Below, in pieces: positions 35,850-47,510 of a DNA stretch of 64,000 bases. The stretch spans positions 260,312 to 324,311 of the forward strand of contig MU058205.1 in NCBI GenBank assembly GCA_013265495.1, written 5' to 3'. The notes under the pieces are model-generated. The model did not search any database. It was not told the DNA's origin and saw only the letters and a program-made list of their open reading frames with translations. Position numbers and translations under genes: made by a program. Position 1 is the first letter of the stretch, and each line of letters begins with the position of its first letter. The stretch comes from Vicugna vicugna. Lineage: Eukaryota.

Positions 35850-36045
35850 GTGGCTGTGGGTTCAAATCCAGCTTCTGCCACATTCTAGCTGAGTACCTTT
35901 TCACAAAACCTTCGTCTCCTCATCAGAAAAATGGAGCTCCTGTTATTTACCTTTTGGGTTGCTGTGAATATTAGGGAAATGAATATGAAATGCCCAGGGC
36001 AGTGCATGGCCCAGGGTCAGCTCTCAGTAAATGCAGATGTGTTAC
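35850..36045 (+). mobile_element. MIR SINE
   Basis: GGGTTCAAATCCAGCTTCTGCCAC...CCTCATCAGAAAAATGG...GGGTTGCTGTGAATATTA. Confidence 0.75.
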
Positions 36046-39000
36046 CACTGTCTGCTGGGTCAGCAGGCCATGTTCTAGGAAAACAAAATGTGAATTATCT
36101 GCTGGGGATTGGGGAGGGGATTATTTATAAAAACGCTGGAGCCATCCAGACACAGTGAGTGGGAAATGTAATTTGAGCTTGGGAGAGGAGAACTGTCAAG
36201 TCCGTTCAAAGGACTACAATTTCATTAATTCAAAATCCTGCTTGAGTCGGGGAAAATAGGGTCTTGGGAGAGATGCCAGGTGTCAAGGTCAGGCCCGGGG
36301 AGTGGAGGAAAGTTTTTTGTAGCCAACTGCCTCCCAAGGCCCCTGGAACAAAGTGTGCATTGTAGCCGCTGCCTGGGACTCTAGGCCAGGAGGAGCGCCT
36401 GGGAGTCGGTGGACCTGTGTGCTGGAAAGCGGCTGGCGGGGGCTAAGGAGAGGCTTGGATCGTTGGGAAACAGGACTTGATCCATTCTTCCTGATGAAAT
36501 CTTCCCTCCTGATATGATTTCCTTAAGCAGAACAAAAGGGAAATTGAAGGCATCTTTGCCAAAGCAGCCGGAGAAAGGAAAGCTGGAGCAAAGTTAATCA
36601 TTATTTTCTTCCTGGCTTTCCAGACCAGAGATACCAGTGATGGGAACAAGCACACTTGTGGCCGCCCGCTCCGTCTCCGCAGAGATAGGAGCCCTTTCCT
36701 TGCAAATAAGTAACACAGAAACTCTGTCGGCCGCCTTGCGGAAGTGTGGGGGTGTGGGGGTGCGGGGAGGGTGTAGCCAGAGTCCACAATGTGCTATTCT
36801 CTGCAGATCAAGAGGCACCTAATCTTACCCCAGCTCACTGACTCATCCAGGCAGCAGCTCTCCCCTACAAAGCCCCTCCTTGTGGGAAGGCAATGTCGGG
36901 ATGGGAGAATTCATGGCAAGTACAGTGGCTTAGTCCAGAGAGTCCCGGAGCTCCCTGGGTAGAAGCCCACCACTCTGGTCCTGAAGGAAAGACCACACTC
37001 CATTATGACCCACAGATGGCCAGTCTGTTCCCCCAACATGAAAGTACCCCGAGATACAAGATGATTCAAACACCTCGCATAGCACCGGCTTCAGCGTTCA
37101 GCTTTGAGTTCAGAATCTGCCACTTTCAAGCTATTGGACCCTGATCAATTCCTGGACCCTCAGGGAGCCTGGTTTCTTGTCTGTGAGGTGGGAAGAATCA
37201 CAGGATGGTGGTGGGCAGGGAGCAAGGGGAAGGGTCTCCTGCCGCCTTCAGGGAAACTGCAGGTGGCCATAAGTCCATGTCTCAGGCGGTCGTCCACTCT
37301 GTAGATCATCCCGGCGAGCACAGCTGTCCAGCAGCCACGGCCTCCCTGGCACGGCCTTCGGTGGAGGCAGGGACCCAGCAACCTGGCAGTGCTAAGCCGG
37401 CCGTGGACATAGACGCGTGCTCAGCCCGGGCCGCGCAGGTGCACTGATGCCGCGACCCGGCAGCCAGGTCCTCCTGGAGCACGGACAACAGGGAATCCAG
37501 GATCCGCTTCTCTAAAGTGCAGGATGTGCACACTGGGCACACGGCCGCCACACACACCCTGGTCATGCCATGGGCAGCCCAGGGGAGGGCAGTGTCTGCC
37601 ATGTGGGGCCTGAGCTGCAGCCAGACCTCGTAATGAGGCCGAGTTCCAGAGCAGCCAGACACAGAATGGAGGCAGCTGCTTCATTTTGTAAAGAAATAGA
37701 AAATTGAGTAGTGTTGTTTTGGGTCCCAGCCCTGTAGATTCCTGCAGATGAGCACGGTTAAGAAATTCAGGATCGCAGATTTATTCAGAGGTTTAAAAAT
37801 CCCTAAATGTGTAAGTAAAGCGACCAATCAGAGGACATTATCATCAAGGACAGCATCCTCGAACTAGACCTGACTCAACTTTTAGGTCGGTTTGGGCCCA
37901 TAGCAACCCAGCCACGGTGAGGTCCACCACTGTATCTCCAAGGTCTGGTCACTGCAGGCCCTGGGAAGCGAGTAGGGAACAGGGGGAGCCCACCTTCCAG
38001 CTTGCTGCGTGTCCCAGGGCTCCATCTCCTCACCTGTAAAGTGCGAACAGGACTAGTTGCTGCCTCACTGGTTGCTGTGAGCTTTGAGCGAGCCGGTGTA
38101 GGTGATGCAGTCAGAAATCTCTGGAAGGCCCGGCCCCTCAGTGTATGGGGCACAGGGTACCAGCCTGCAATGCTGGAGGCCTCGGCCTCTGCCAGGTGGC
38201 TCGACCTGAACTCAGAGTTCTCTGACCAGGCCCTGCCCAACCTGTGCCACGGGGCTGACACCGTCCTGACGCCGCTGCCCCCACTCCCTGGTCCTGCGGA
38301 GCAGAAGGCTGTCTGTCGGGTCCTGGGCCAGCGGCTCTGCAGGCAGCCCTGGTGACCGCCAGCAGCAGCACCTGCAGCTCCCAGGACGGAGGACTGGGGC
38401 CCTCTGGCTTCCCCTGCCCCGCCCCCAGCCCCTGACCCTTCTCAGTGATGAGCCTCCCCCAACCCTGGGGCCCCTATTCCGGCCTCCTCCGGGCACACTC
38501 CCCTCGGGTGCCTGGTACTCACACTCGCCTGCAGGCCACTCAGCGCCTCTTTTTAGTTCCCTGCTGTTCTGCCCTCCCCACCTGGCCCTGGGGGAGGAGC
38601 AGCGGTGGGGAAGTGGAGCTGCACTTGGCGCCATGGCCACAGGACCCTGCCCCCGACCCCAGCCCGCTCCCAGACCCTCCAGGATGACCCGCCCCTGAGC
38701 GGCTGGAGGGAGCTGGGGGGCTTGCAAGGTGGGGCTCAGTGCTGCTGGTCCTCCCAGCAGGAAACCCTAGGTTTCCAGGCCTCAGAAGACATCTCCCCAT
38801 CACCGTCCTCATCACCTTCCCCATCAGTCCTCCCTGCCCCCTTGCCTTTCTCTTTGTAACCAGCCAGCTGGGCAGAGGCTCGGCTTCCCTGGGCCTCTCC
38901 CATCTTCTCCTAAGGGAGAGGCCAAGACAGGCCGCAGGGCGTCGGCCTGGGCTGCAAGGGAAATGTCCCCTGGACTCCCTGCCTCCAGCTGGTCCACCCT

Positions 39001-39459
39001 GAGGTCACAAGGACAAACCCCAAGACTGACCCGAAGGGAGCAAGCGAAGCTGGCAAGAGCCGCGGCCGCTCCAAGTCCCTGGGGCTCTGGGGAAGGAGGA
39101 GTGGGGCTTGTCCCCACGGAGAGAGATGGCAGGCATATCGTTTCTCAACTGCTGTCCATTTCTCCATTGTGTTCTAAAACGAGAGCCTCACTGAGGGTTG
39201 TCAGGACGTCCCATCATCCCTCTACCTGAACATCATGGGTTTTCCCCTTTTCCCTAAGAAAGAGGCTTTTGAAAATTTCTCCTTTGATGTGAGTGTGTTA
39301 ACCTGAAGTAAATGACCCTCCCCCTGGACCGGCCTCGGAGGCAGAGGTTACAGCCACCGAAACAGCCATTAGCTCGCTGGCCTGTTAGACGCGGGTTTCT
39401 TTGGACAGAAATAGCCTGTTCTGTGCAGTTTCCACACGGCTCTGGAAGCGCAGGGCCTG

Positions 39460-39616
39460 CTTTTATTTTTAAGTAAATAAAACATAAAAAATAATAATCA
39501 TAAAAATAATATTTTTGTATAAAATAAATAATATTTTTGTATAAAGTCGATACAATTTTTAGAGAAAAATAAATAAATAATTTTAAATAATAATAAATAG
39601 AATAACAAAAAAAAAA
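39460..39616. repeat. AT-rich low-complexity island with a 22-bp-period duplication
   Basis: AAATAATATTTTTGTATAAA at 39504-39523 and 39526-39545. Confidence 0.85.
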
Positions 39617-40506
39617 GTCAGAGTTCATCTTGGAGCTAAAGTTCCACTTCCCTGTGAGGCTCTGTGGGTCCTGCCCGGTGCGAAGGGTCGTGCGGGTCCC
39701 AGACCACGGCTCACATCCTTAGAGGCACCGGGAGCCCTCGCACGGCCACCGGGCTGGACCCCCAGCGCAGATCCAGACTTTGCTCTCCGAGAGGCTGAAC
39801 TGCTCCCTCCACGGACCTGCGTTTCATCTGGGATTTATTTCATCGTTCTGTTTGTTTTTTCTAGATGTACCCCCACTTTCTGATCTGATCTGTTAAGTCT
39901 AATGGGGGATAATATAGACTGGGAATGAAAAGAAAAATTTCAGTGAAAAAATTGTTTTAGAAATAGAATACATAGGTTGATGTGAATTCCAAATGCTTGC
40001 CATTTGACTAACAGGTCCTTTGGCTAATGTGACCCATAAAGGATGAAAGGCAAGTGAGTAAGATGTATTCCTTAAAAATCAAGACAGGAAAGTCATCTGC
40101 CAGGTTCGCTGGACGGAGGGCATCTGCCTGCGGAGGTCTGCTGAGTGTGGTCTGAAGTTGCCCTGGAGCCCTCTGCCCGCTGACGCCCCTTAGCACACGA
40201 GTGTGCGGAGACAGAGACCCTCACTCTGCAGGATGGGAGCCAAGGCCACCGGGGTCCACTGCGCTCAGGTGGGGTTAGAACTGGGGGCTCACTGCTCCGC
40301 CCGCCTCCCTCCCCCCACTGCCTGTCCTGTCCCACAGCCCATCACTCCCGTGTTCAAGTCCCCTGGCCCGGCCCCTCTGGAGTCCTTCCCTGGTCCTGTC
40401 GCAGAGCCAGGCTTGGCTGATGGTTACTCCACTCTGGAAATTACCCTGTCTCCAGACCCAGCTACCCAAGACCTCGACTTCTAGAAGCACCTGATACATC
40501 AGAGAG

Positions 40507-40735
40507 CAGCTTTCAAACTTTTCTGCTCATGACCCACCGCTCAGTACACCTGCACACACTCGCACACATCTGAATCAAGATGCAGAAGCAATACTTCCCT
40601 TTACTACGTGCAGTGCCTTCTGTGAGTCTTTTCTATTCTCTCCACCCCACCCCCACATCTCAAACAGACTGGCTGAAATCCACTAAAGTGATTTCCAATC
40701 CCCTAAGGCCTATGGTCAGCAGTTTGAAAGCACTG
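40507..40735. mobile_element. hAT-Charlie MITE (MER112/113 type)
   Basis: Ends CAGCTTTCAAACT ... AGTTTGAAAGCACTG; interior CAATACTTCCCTTTACTACGTGC and CCACTAAAGTGATTTC. Confidence 0.7.
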
Positions 40736-40996
40736 GCTGGAGCGCTAATGAAAGGGCAGGAAGGCGACCACAGAGCCCTCCTCTCTGCCCTTCACCCACA
40801 TCCCACCTGTCACTTGTGATTAAGCCACATTTTAACATCTTTAAACCCCACTTTCACTCAAGGACTAACTCAATTAGGGCTGAGCTGGTGGGAGCCGGAA
40901 CCAGATTCAGGGAAGACAAAGGAAGCTGTAGGGTTTATCTTCAGCTTTTATGTTTCTGGGAGCTCTGCTCTCTTCCTGGGCTTAGTCCCAGGCATC

Positions 40997-41092
40997 AAAG
41001 GAAAGGAAGGAAGTGGGTGGAAGGAGGGATGGACAGATGGAAGAAGGATGGAAGGGAGGGAGGGAGGGATGGAGGGGGGGAGGGGAGAGGAA
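40997..41092. repeat. Polypurine (GGAA/GGGA) low-complexity tract
   Basis: AAAGGAAAGGAAGGAAG...GGGAGGGAGGGAGGGATGGAGGGGGGAGGGGAG. Confidence 0.85.
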
Positions 41093-41631
41093 CCCCTCAC
41101 TGTGCACCCTCACCTGCTAAGGCCAACCAGTGCAGGGTGGTCACTCCGCCTGGCTCCAGCTCCATCTGTCCAAGATGAGCCAGGGCTGACCTCGGGAGTC
41201 ACGTGGTATTCAGTGGAGGAGGTCATAGGTCAGCCTGCTCTCAGGACTTGTGGTCTGAGCTGACCCCCCACTGTCTCAGCCCATGTGCTTCTGTGGGATG
41301 CCCATGACTGTGCTAGACATCTGCGGGGTTGTGACATGTTTAGGACCCACTCCCAGACTGGACATTCTTAGGGAGATGTCAACGGTATGACTCAGGGTAC
41401 CCATGGGTGCTGCTCCCCAAGCCCCACAATGGGGCCATTCCCTCCCTGGCCCTTGGAGCATGTAACCTCGCTTCCCATCTCCAGCAGCTCAGTGCAGGCA
41501 GCTGCGGGTGGGATGAGGGAATGACCCCTGCCCGTGCCTAACACAGGCACACAGAAGGTGCTCAGTGAGTATCTGCCCAGTCAGCCAAGATGGTCCATTC
41601 AGGCCTCTTTACAAGTCTGATTCTTTCTAGA

Positions 41632-42545
41632 CCAGTGCCGACCGACAGAATCTCAACGTGAGCCTCACGTGTGATCTTACATTTTGCAGTAGCCACACGA
41701 AAAGAGAAAGAAACAAGTGAAGTTAATTTTAATGGTGTTTTCTTTAACTCAGCATATCAAAACCGCTATTTCAATGCATAATCAGTATAAAAGTAATGAC
41801 TTTTTTTACCTTCTTTTTTCTTTTGGGCTGAATCTTTGAAATCCAGGCTATGGTTTACACCTCAGCACATCTCCATTTGGAATCGCCACATTTAAAGTGC
41901 TCAACACATTATTTTCTATAAACAAGACATGGAAGCAATCAAAGTGTCCATCGACAGATGAATAGATAAAGAAGATGTGATGTGTGTGTATATATATATA
42001 TATGTATATATATATATAAACTTGAATATTACTCAGCCATAAAAGAATGAAATAATGCCATTTGCAGCAACATGGATGGACCTAGAGATGATCAGACTAA
42101 GTGAAGTCAGACAGAGAAAGACAAATACCATATGATTATCACTTACATGTGGAATCAAAAAAAAAAAAAAGGCACAAATGAACCTACTTACAAAACAGAA
42201 ACACTCACAGGCATAGAAAACGAACTTCTGGTTACCAAAGAGGAAAGGGTGGAGGAAGGATAAATTAGGACTCTGGGATTAGCAGACAGAAACTACTATA
42301 TATAAATCAGATAAACAAGATCCTACTGTAGAGCACAGGGAACTATACTCAATATCTTAAACTGTGATGCAAAAGAATCTGAAAAAGAATACATACATAT
42401 ACATATATATATGTATGTCGGGATCACTTTGCTGTACACCTGAAACTAACACAAGATTGCAAATCAACTATACTTCAATTAAAGAATAAAATAAAACAAC
42501 AAAGCACTCAATAGCCACACGTGGCTTGTAGCCACTGCCCCGGGC
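41632..42545. mobile_element. MER33-like hAT MITE split by an L1 insertion
   Basis: Left part ends GCCACATTTAAAGTGCTCAA; right part resumes TAGCCACACGTGGCTTGTAGCCAC. Confidence 0.8.
41905..42500 (+). mobile_element. Younger 5'-truncated L1 with internal (TA)n
   Basis: AAGACATGGAAGCAA..AAGTGTCCATCGACAGATGAA, CCATTTGCAGCAACATGGATGGACCTAGAG, A-tail; TSD AAAGTGCTCAA / AAAGCACTCAA. Confidence 0.93.
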
Positions 42546-45500
42546 TGGGCTTAGAAGGAAGGCAACAAGCAGGGCCATCCTGTCCCAAGTCACAAAGCAG
42601 GCTGCTCCCCGGAGCTTTTCTTCGCAGCCCCCTCCTCACTTGCCCTCCCACCTGGCACTATACCTCATGAGAGGAGAGGGGAGGGGAGGGAATGAAAGGA
42701 ACCCGGAGAGGACTTGGAGATGTGTGAGCAGCTGGCACAGGCCATCTGGCCGCCCCCGGTGAGGAGCTGACCCCACGCTGGCCTAACCCCATTACCTGTA
42801 GAGAGCAGCCCGGCAGCACGGCTCTGCTGGCCGCGTTCGGCTCCAGGTTAGCGACAGCTGAGTTCAATTTCTGTATCCATGGTGTGGTTTCCAAAGACTC
42901 GCAGCCCTCAGTCAACCTCGGCTGTCTTTTCTGGGACAGATTGGCAATTCAATGTGAGCTCATTTTATTAGAAGTAATCAACCATATGGCACCTTGCGAC
43001 AAGTCAGCACGCCCTTTTTACAATCAGTGTCGTTCAGCCAGCTCGGTTACGAGCTGATCCTGGCGCTGCTCTCCCGCAGAAGAACTCGCCTCGCCAGGTG
43101 GGTGAGCCAGCCTTTGTTGGGGGGTGACTCGGGGTGCAGCCCGGAGCCTGCCACGTGCGAGGCCACAGTGCCTCAGTTCCAGAACGCCAGAGCTGCCCCA
43201 GTTTCCTCCTCGTCCTGAGGTTTTAACTTCTCCTTGTAGGTACAAAGCCTTCTGCCAAGCAAAGGCAGCGGGGACCCTGAGGGTGACCCTCTGTCCCTGC
43301 CTCCTCCCCGAATATCTCTGTGTCGTCCAGGCCAGCCGCTCGCTGTCCCCATCAGCAAAGCACAGCCCAGAGTGGTTGTGGGTGACGTGGTCACATTGTG
43401 CTGTGACAGAGGCAGAGCCACACACTCAGCTTCCAAGGCCTCTATTTTAGCACCATGTTTTCCCAGAAAGTTCTGGATCACTTTGCAAACAGGCAAGTGA
43501 TCTCTTACTTGGAAAGGAGCTATGGAGGGGATGGTTAGGGTTTACAGAGAGCTGTGCGTGGGGCCTCAGATGGGGCAGTTCACATCCGTTGGCTTCCGTT
43601 CTCACAGCGATTTGATAATTTGGCTGTTGTCTTCACTTCACAGCAGAGGGGACTGAGGGTCAGCTATCCAACCCGCACAAGGCCATGCGGCCAGTCGGTG
43701 ATAACGGTGGGTTGGAACTCGGCTTGACCCAGACCCAAGCCTTGCTCCCATGCTGCCTCCCACAGGCCCCGGGCTTGGGCTCTGGGTCAGGTGGGCGGAC
43801 CGCCAGGCACTTTCTCACAGAAGAGGCATCATTAGCTGCAGTCAGGGTCCCTGCCAGCTCACAAAGTCCAAAATGCAGTCAAAATGGTGCTAGTGCCCCA
43901 GTCCAAACGTGGCCATCCCCACCCGCCCTGAGGACTGGAAGCCGCTCGAAGCCCAGCCCCACACCCCCAGAGGCCCAGGCACCTGGGGCTCCTGGCTCCT
44001 GAGCCCCGAGCCCCTGCGAGGCCCTGAGTCTGCGGAGCCTGGTCCTCTGAGAAGATCAGCTGGAGAGGAGACTGGGCCCCTGCTGAGGAGAGGCTGGGGG
44101 AGTTTCCAGGCAAAAAGGCAAGGAGGGGCCTCAGGGGGCCCTGGGAGCTCCTGGGCACAGCAGAGGAGGGTTTTAGATGGGGTGTGGGGCGTCAGGGAAG
44201 ATGCTGCAGGGGTGGGAAGGCAGAGTCCAACAGATGGGGACAGGGCAGCTCTCATCAGTCAGGTTTACGGGTCGGGAGGGCTTTTGGGGTCTGGCTACAG
44301 CTTGGGGACCGTGCGTGGCAGGAGGGTAGTGGTCCATGGGCAGAGGCCTGGAGCCAGACTCTGGACGCCATCATGACCTCTGCTCAGAGAGACTCCTGGG
44401 GACTCATCCATTCCCCATCTACCTCTCGATCTGCTCAGACTGTCTCTAACCAGCGGCCACCACTGTCCTCAAAGAGCAGAGGCGCACAGGCCAATGTCAG
44501 AGACCACAGGGGCACAGAGAGGGGCCCACAGGGAACAGCAGGAAGGACTCGGGCCCAGGGGTGAGGGGCGGGCCCCCGGGAGGCTGGCTGGCCTCGTCTG
44601 TAGCCAGGGCCCAGGACTGGGCTGCCGCCTACCCTGAGTGCCCGTCGGGCAGGACACCGAGCCAAGACAAACAGCGTGCGTGAGCTCCCCGGCCCGCGCC
44701 CTCAGATGTGCTGTCGGAAATGTGGACTTTGGACCAAGGTCTCAACCGGAAAAAAAATAAGCCTGAACTCTTGATACAAAAGAAAATGTTAGCTCGAACC
44801 ATTTCACTTTATCTCCCAGCTCTTCAGATCCAAACATCACTAAGGGCAAAGCCCAGATTTAAATGGGCCTTCTGGGAAAGAAGTAAAAGGGGGGCATTTC
44901 CAGAAAAGGATAAGGAGGTTAGAACCTGCTATACTTTAAGATATAAAAGACAAAAGATAATAAACTAGCCCCAGGGGGTCAACGTGGATTCTGACGTGAG
45001 GGTTGGAGCCCACAGGCCCTCCCCGTCTGCTTCTTTGTCTCTCTTGCACAAGGCGGTTTGGAAAGTGGGGAGGACGCACTAGAAGAGACAGGGGAGGGAG
45101 GAGGAGGCAGTGCGGTAAGGAGGGAGCACGTACCCGGTCCAAAGACTCAGACTCCGGGAGGGTAGCTCCTGGGAGCCACAGGTGAGGCCTGGACACCAGG
45201 GTCCTCATGCCTGGTCGGGGCAATGGCTCACAGCCCACCTGCCCCTGTGTGTGTTTCCCTTTCTTGGGGAGGATGTTAGGTGCCTGGGCAGAGAGATGAG
45301 ACCTGGATGGTGAGTTGAGGCCAGACCTCAGGAAGGCCCAGACACTGTGAGAGGGGAGGGCCTGGCTGTGTCGGCGAAGGTGTTCAATCCCTACAGAGCC
45401 GCCTTCTCACAAGAGAGACAAGCACCCAGCCAGTGGATTCCGTGGCGGGCGATCGTGATGCGCTCTGACCGCACAGAACAGGGACCAACAGGAGGAGGCC

Positions 45501-45921
45501 CAGATTTGGGGAAAGGAGTGTGTTCAGTCGAGGAAATGTTGAGCTTGAAGGGTCTGTCAATTGCAGGTGGCAAAGTGAAGTCAGCAGCTGAAATCTGTTC
45601 AGCCACACAGCGAGCGCTGGGAACGGAATGGAGAGCCTTGGACGCAGGTGGAAGTAAGCAGTGGACAGAGACCAGACGACCCAGGAACAGAATAGGGAAA
45701 TGAGAGGGTCTGGAGTGGGGCCTTCGTGTTAGCACTTAGCAGCTGGATAGGGAAGGCCGAGCCAGCAGACAAAACTGAGGAAGCCTGTGGGGTCGGACGC
45801 ATGAACTACTGTCTCCCCAGAACCAAGCCCAGGGCTTCGCACAGAGCACATAATCCATCAGTGTTCATTGAATTAATGAATCGATCATCTTGGCCGTCTT
45901 TACCAGGGAGGAAACAAGGCT

Positions 45922-46160
45922 TGTGCTAGTCAGCTACTGCTGCAGTGGTGCTGGGTGACAAATGGCCCCAAAGCACAGTGACTCTGGGCTCCAGTCTGTT
46001 CCACGTGGCCCATTTTGGGACTGAGACTGAGGGACAGTGGTCACCTCAGGCAGGTTTTGTCACGGCAAGCACTTCTAGAACCACTGCCCACATCATGCCC
46101 ACCCAAAATCCATCGGCAAGTCGTGGCCCAGCCGAAAATCAAGAGGCAGAAAGTAGGCGA
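45922..46160 (-). mobile_element. Degraded MaLR LTR (MLT1H/I/J-like)
   Basis: TGTGCTAGTCAGCTACTGCTGCAG..GTGCTG.GTGACAAA start; AAGTCGTGGCCCAGCC..AAATCAAG. Confidence 0.55.
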
Positions 46161-46169
46161 GAAAAAAAA

Positions 46170-46360
46170 GAAGCGTGTAAGCATGAGCTGCAGAGCCCGA
46201 GGGCTCTGGGTTCAAAGCCTGACTGGACCACTAAGAAATGTATGAACTCAGCCCAGTTACTTCACCTACTTAAGCCTCATCTTCCTCACCTTAAAAGTGG
46301 GTAAAATAAGAGCTACTTTCAGGAGTTCTGGGGATGGAGCGTCACACACGTGGAACACCT
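46170..46360 (+). mobile_element. MIR SINE
   Basis: CTGGGTTCAAAGCCTGAC...AGTTACTTCACCT..TTAAGCCTCATCTTCCTCACCTTAAAAGTGGG. Confidence 0.7.
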
Positions 46361-47367
46361 CCCACATTACCCGACACACGGTAGGGAGCCTTAGCCAGGA
46401 CCCACTGTGGTCTGTGCGCTGTCTTTGGCCTTGGCCCTGACTTTGAGGAGCTTGCGCGTCAATCTGAGCTCCGCTGTGCCTGCATCTGCCCACAGCTCAG
46501 CAGGAAAGCCCGCCCTCAACGTGGTCCCGGAGATGCGCCGGGGATGGGGGCGGGAAGGAGGCTGGGAAGATTGAGAAGTCTTGAGGCAGCGGCGACCAGC
46601 CCAGCTGTTGATCAGATCCCTCACAGGTCTGCCAGTGCCAATGCTGAGTTTCTACCCCTGCAGACCCATGCTGCTGCCTAGAGACATTCTTACAAGAAAT
46701 CCTCTCGCTTCCCAGGCCAGCCTTTAGTTCTGCCTGTGTCTTGAGTGAGACCAAAATATTAATGAGGAATACAGTTCTGCAGGCAAACAGCTTTTCCAAA
46801 TGGTGCTTTTTCCCAGATTGCATTTGAACTAGACCTTGGCCTGAGACGCAATAACCAGATGCAGTTTTATAGCACGTGAGGCCTCTTTCCAAGAATGCTT
46901 ATGTAAAGATGAAGAATTCATAAGATCCAATGACACGTCTGGCACCAGTCCCAGGTTTATCCACGGAGAAGGCCGTTTTCTTTTGCTCTTCTCCACTAGT
47001 TAGTAAATTACCAGCTTCACTGTCACAGAAACAGAAGATAAGAGCTGTTTTTCTCATACTGATGTCATAATGACCATTCAAAAGGCTCGTCTCTATCACT
47101 CTTAAGAGGTATATTTTTGTAATTCAGCACTCCTTCTGAAATCTTCAGCGACAGGTTTTATTTGACATTGAGTCATTCCTTCCACATGTATTTTTTGAGC
47201 ACCTACGTGTGTCAGGCACCATGCTAGGGACTGGGAGTTTAGCAGTAAATAAATATGCAGCCACTGCCCTTGTGGAGGGAACAGATGAGAAAGTAGAGGC
47301 CCAAAGAGTGGAAAATTTGGCCAAAGTCACAGGTTTTGAACCAAAACTGGAAGTCATATATTGGTAA

Positions 47368-47510
47368 CAGGACCAGCTACGTCATTTGCAAAGGAGGTAA
47401 ATGAAATCATGGGGTCCCTTGTTCAAAAATTATTAAGAATTTCAAGACATCAATAGAAGAGCATGAAAACAAATGTAGGGCCCTCTGTCTCACACCTATG
47501 CAGCTGGCCC
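47368..47510 (-). mobile_element. MER45A-like hAT-Tip100 MITE
   Basis: CAGGACCAGCTAC...CCCTTGTTCAAAAATTATTAAGAATTTCAAGAC; reverse of the element at 28940. Confidence 0.8.
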
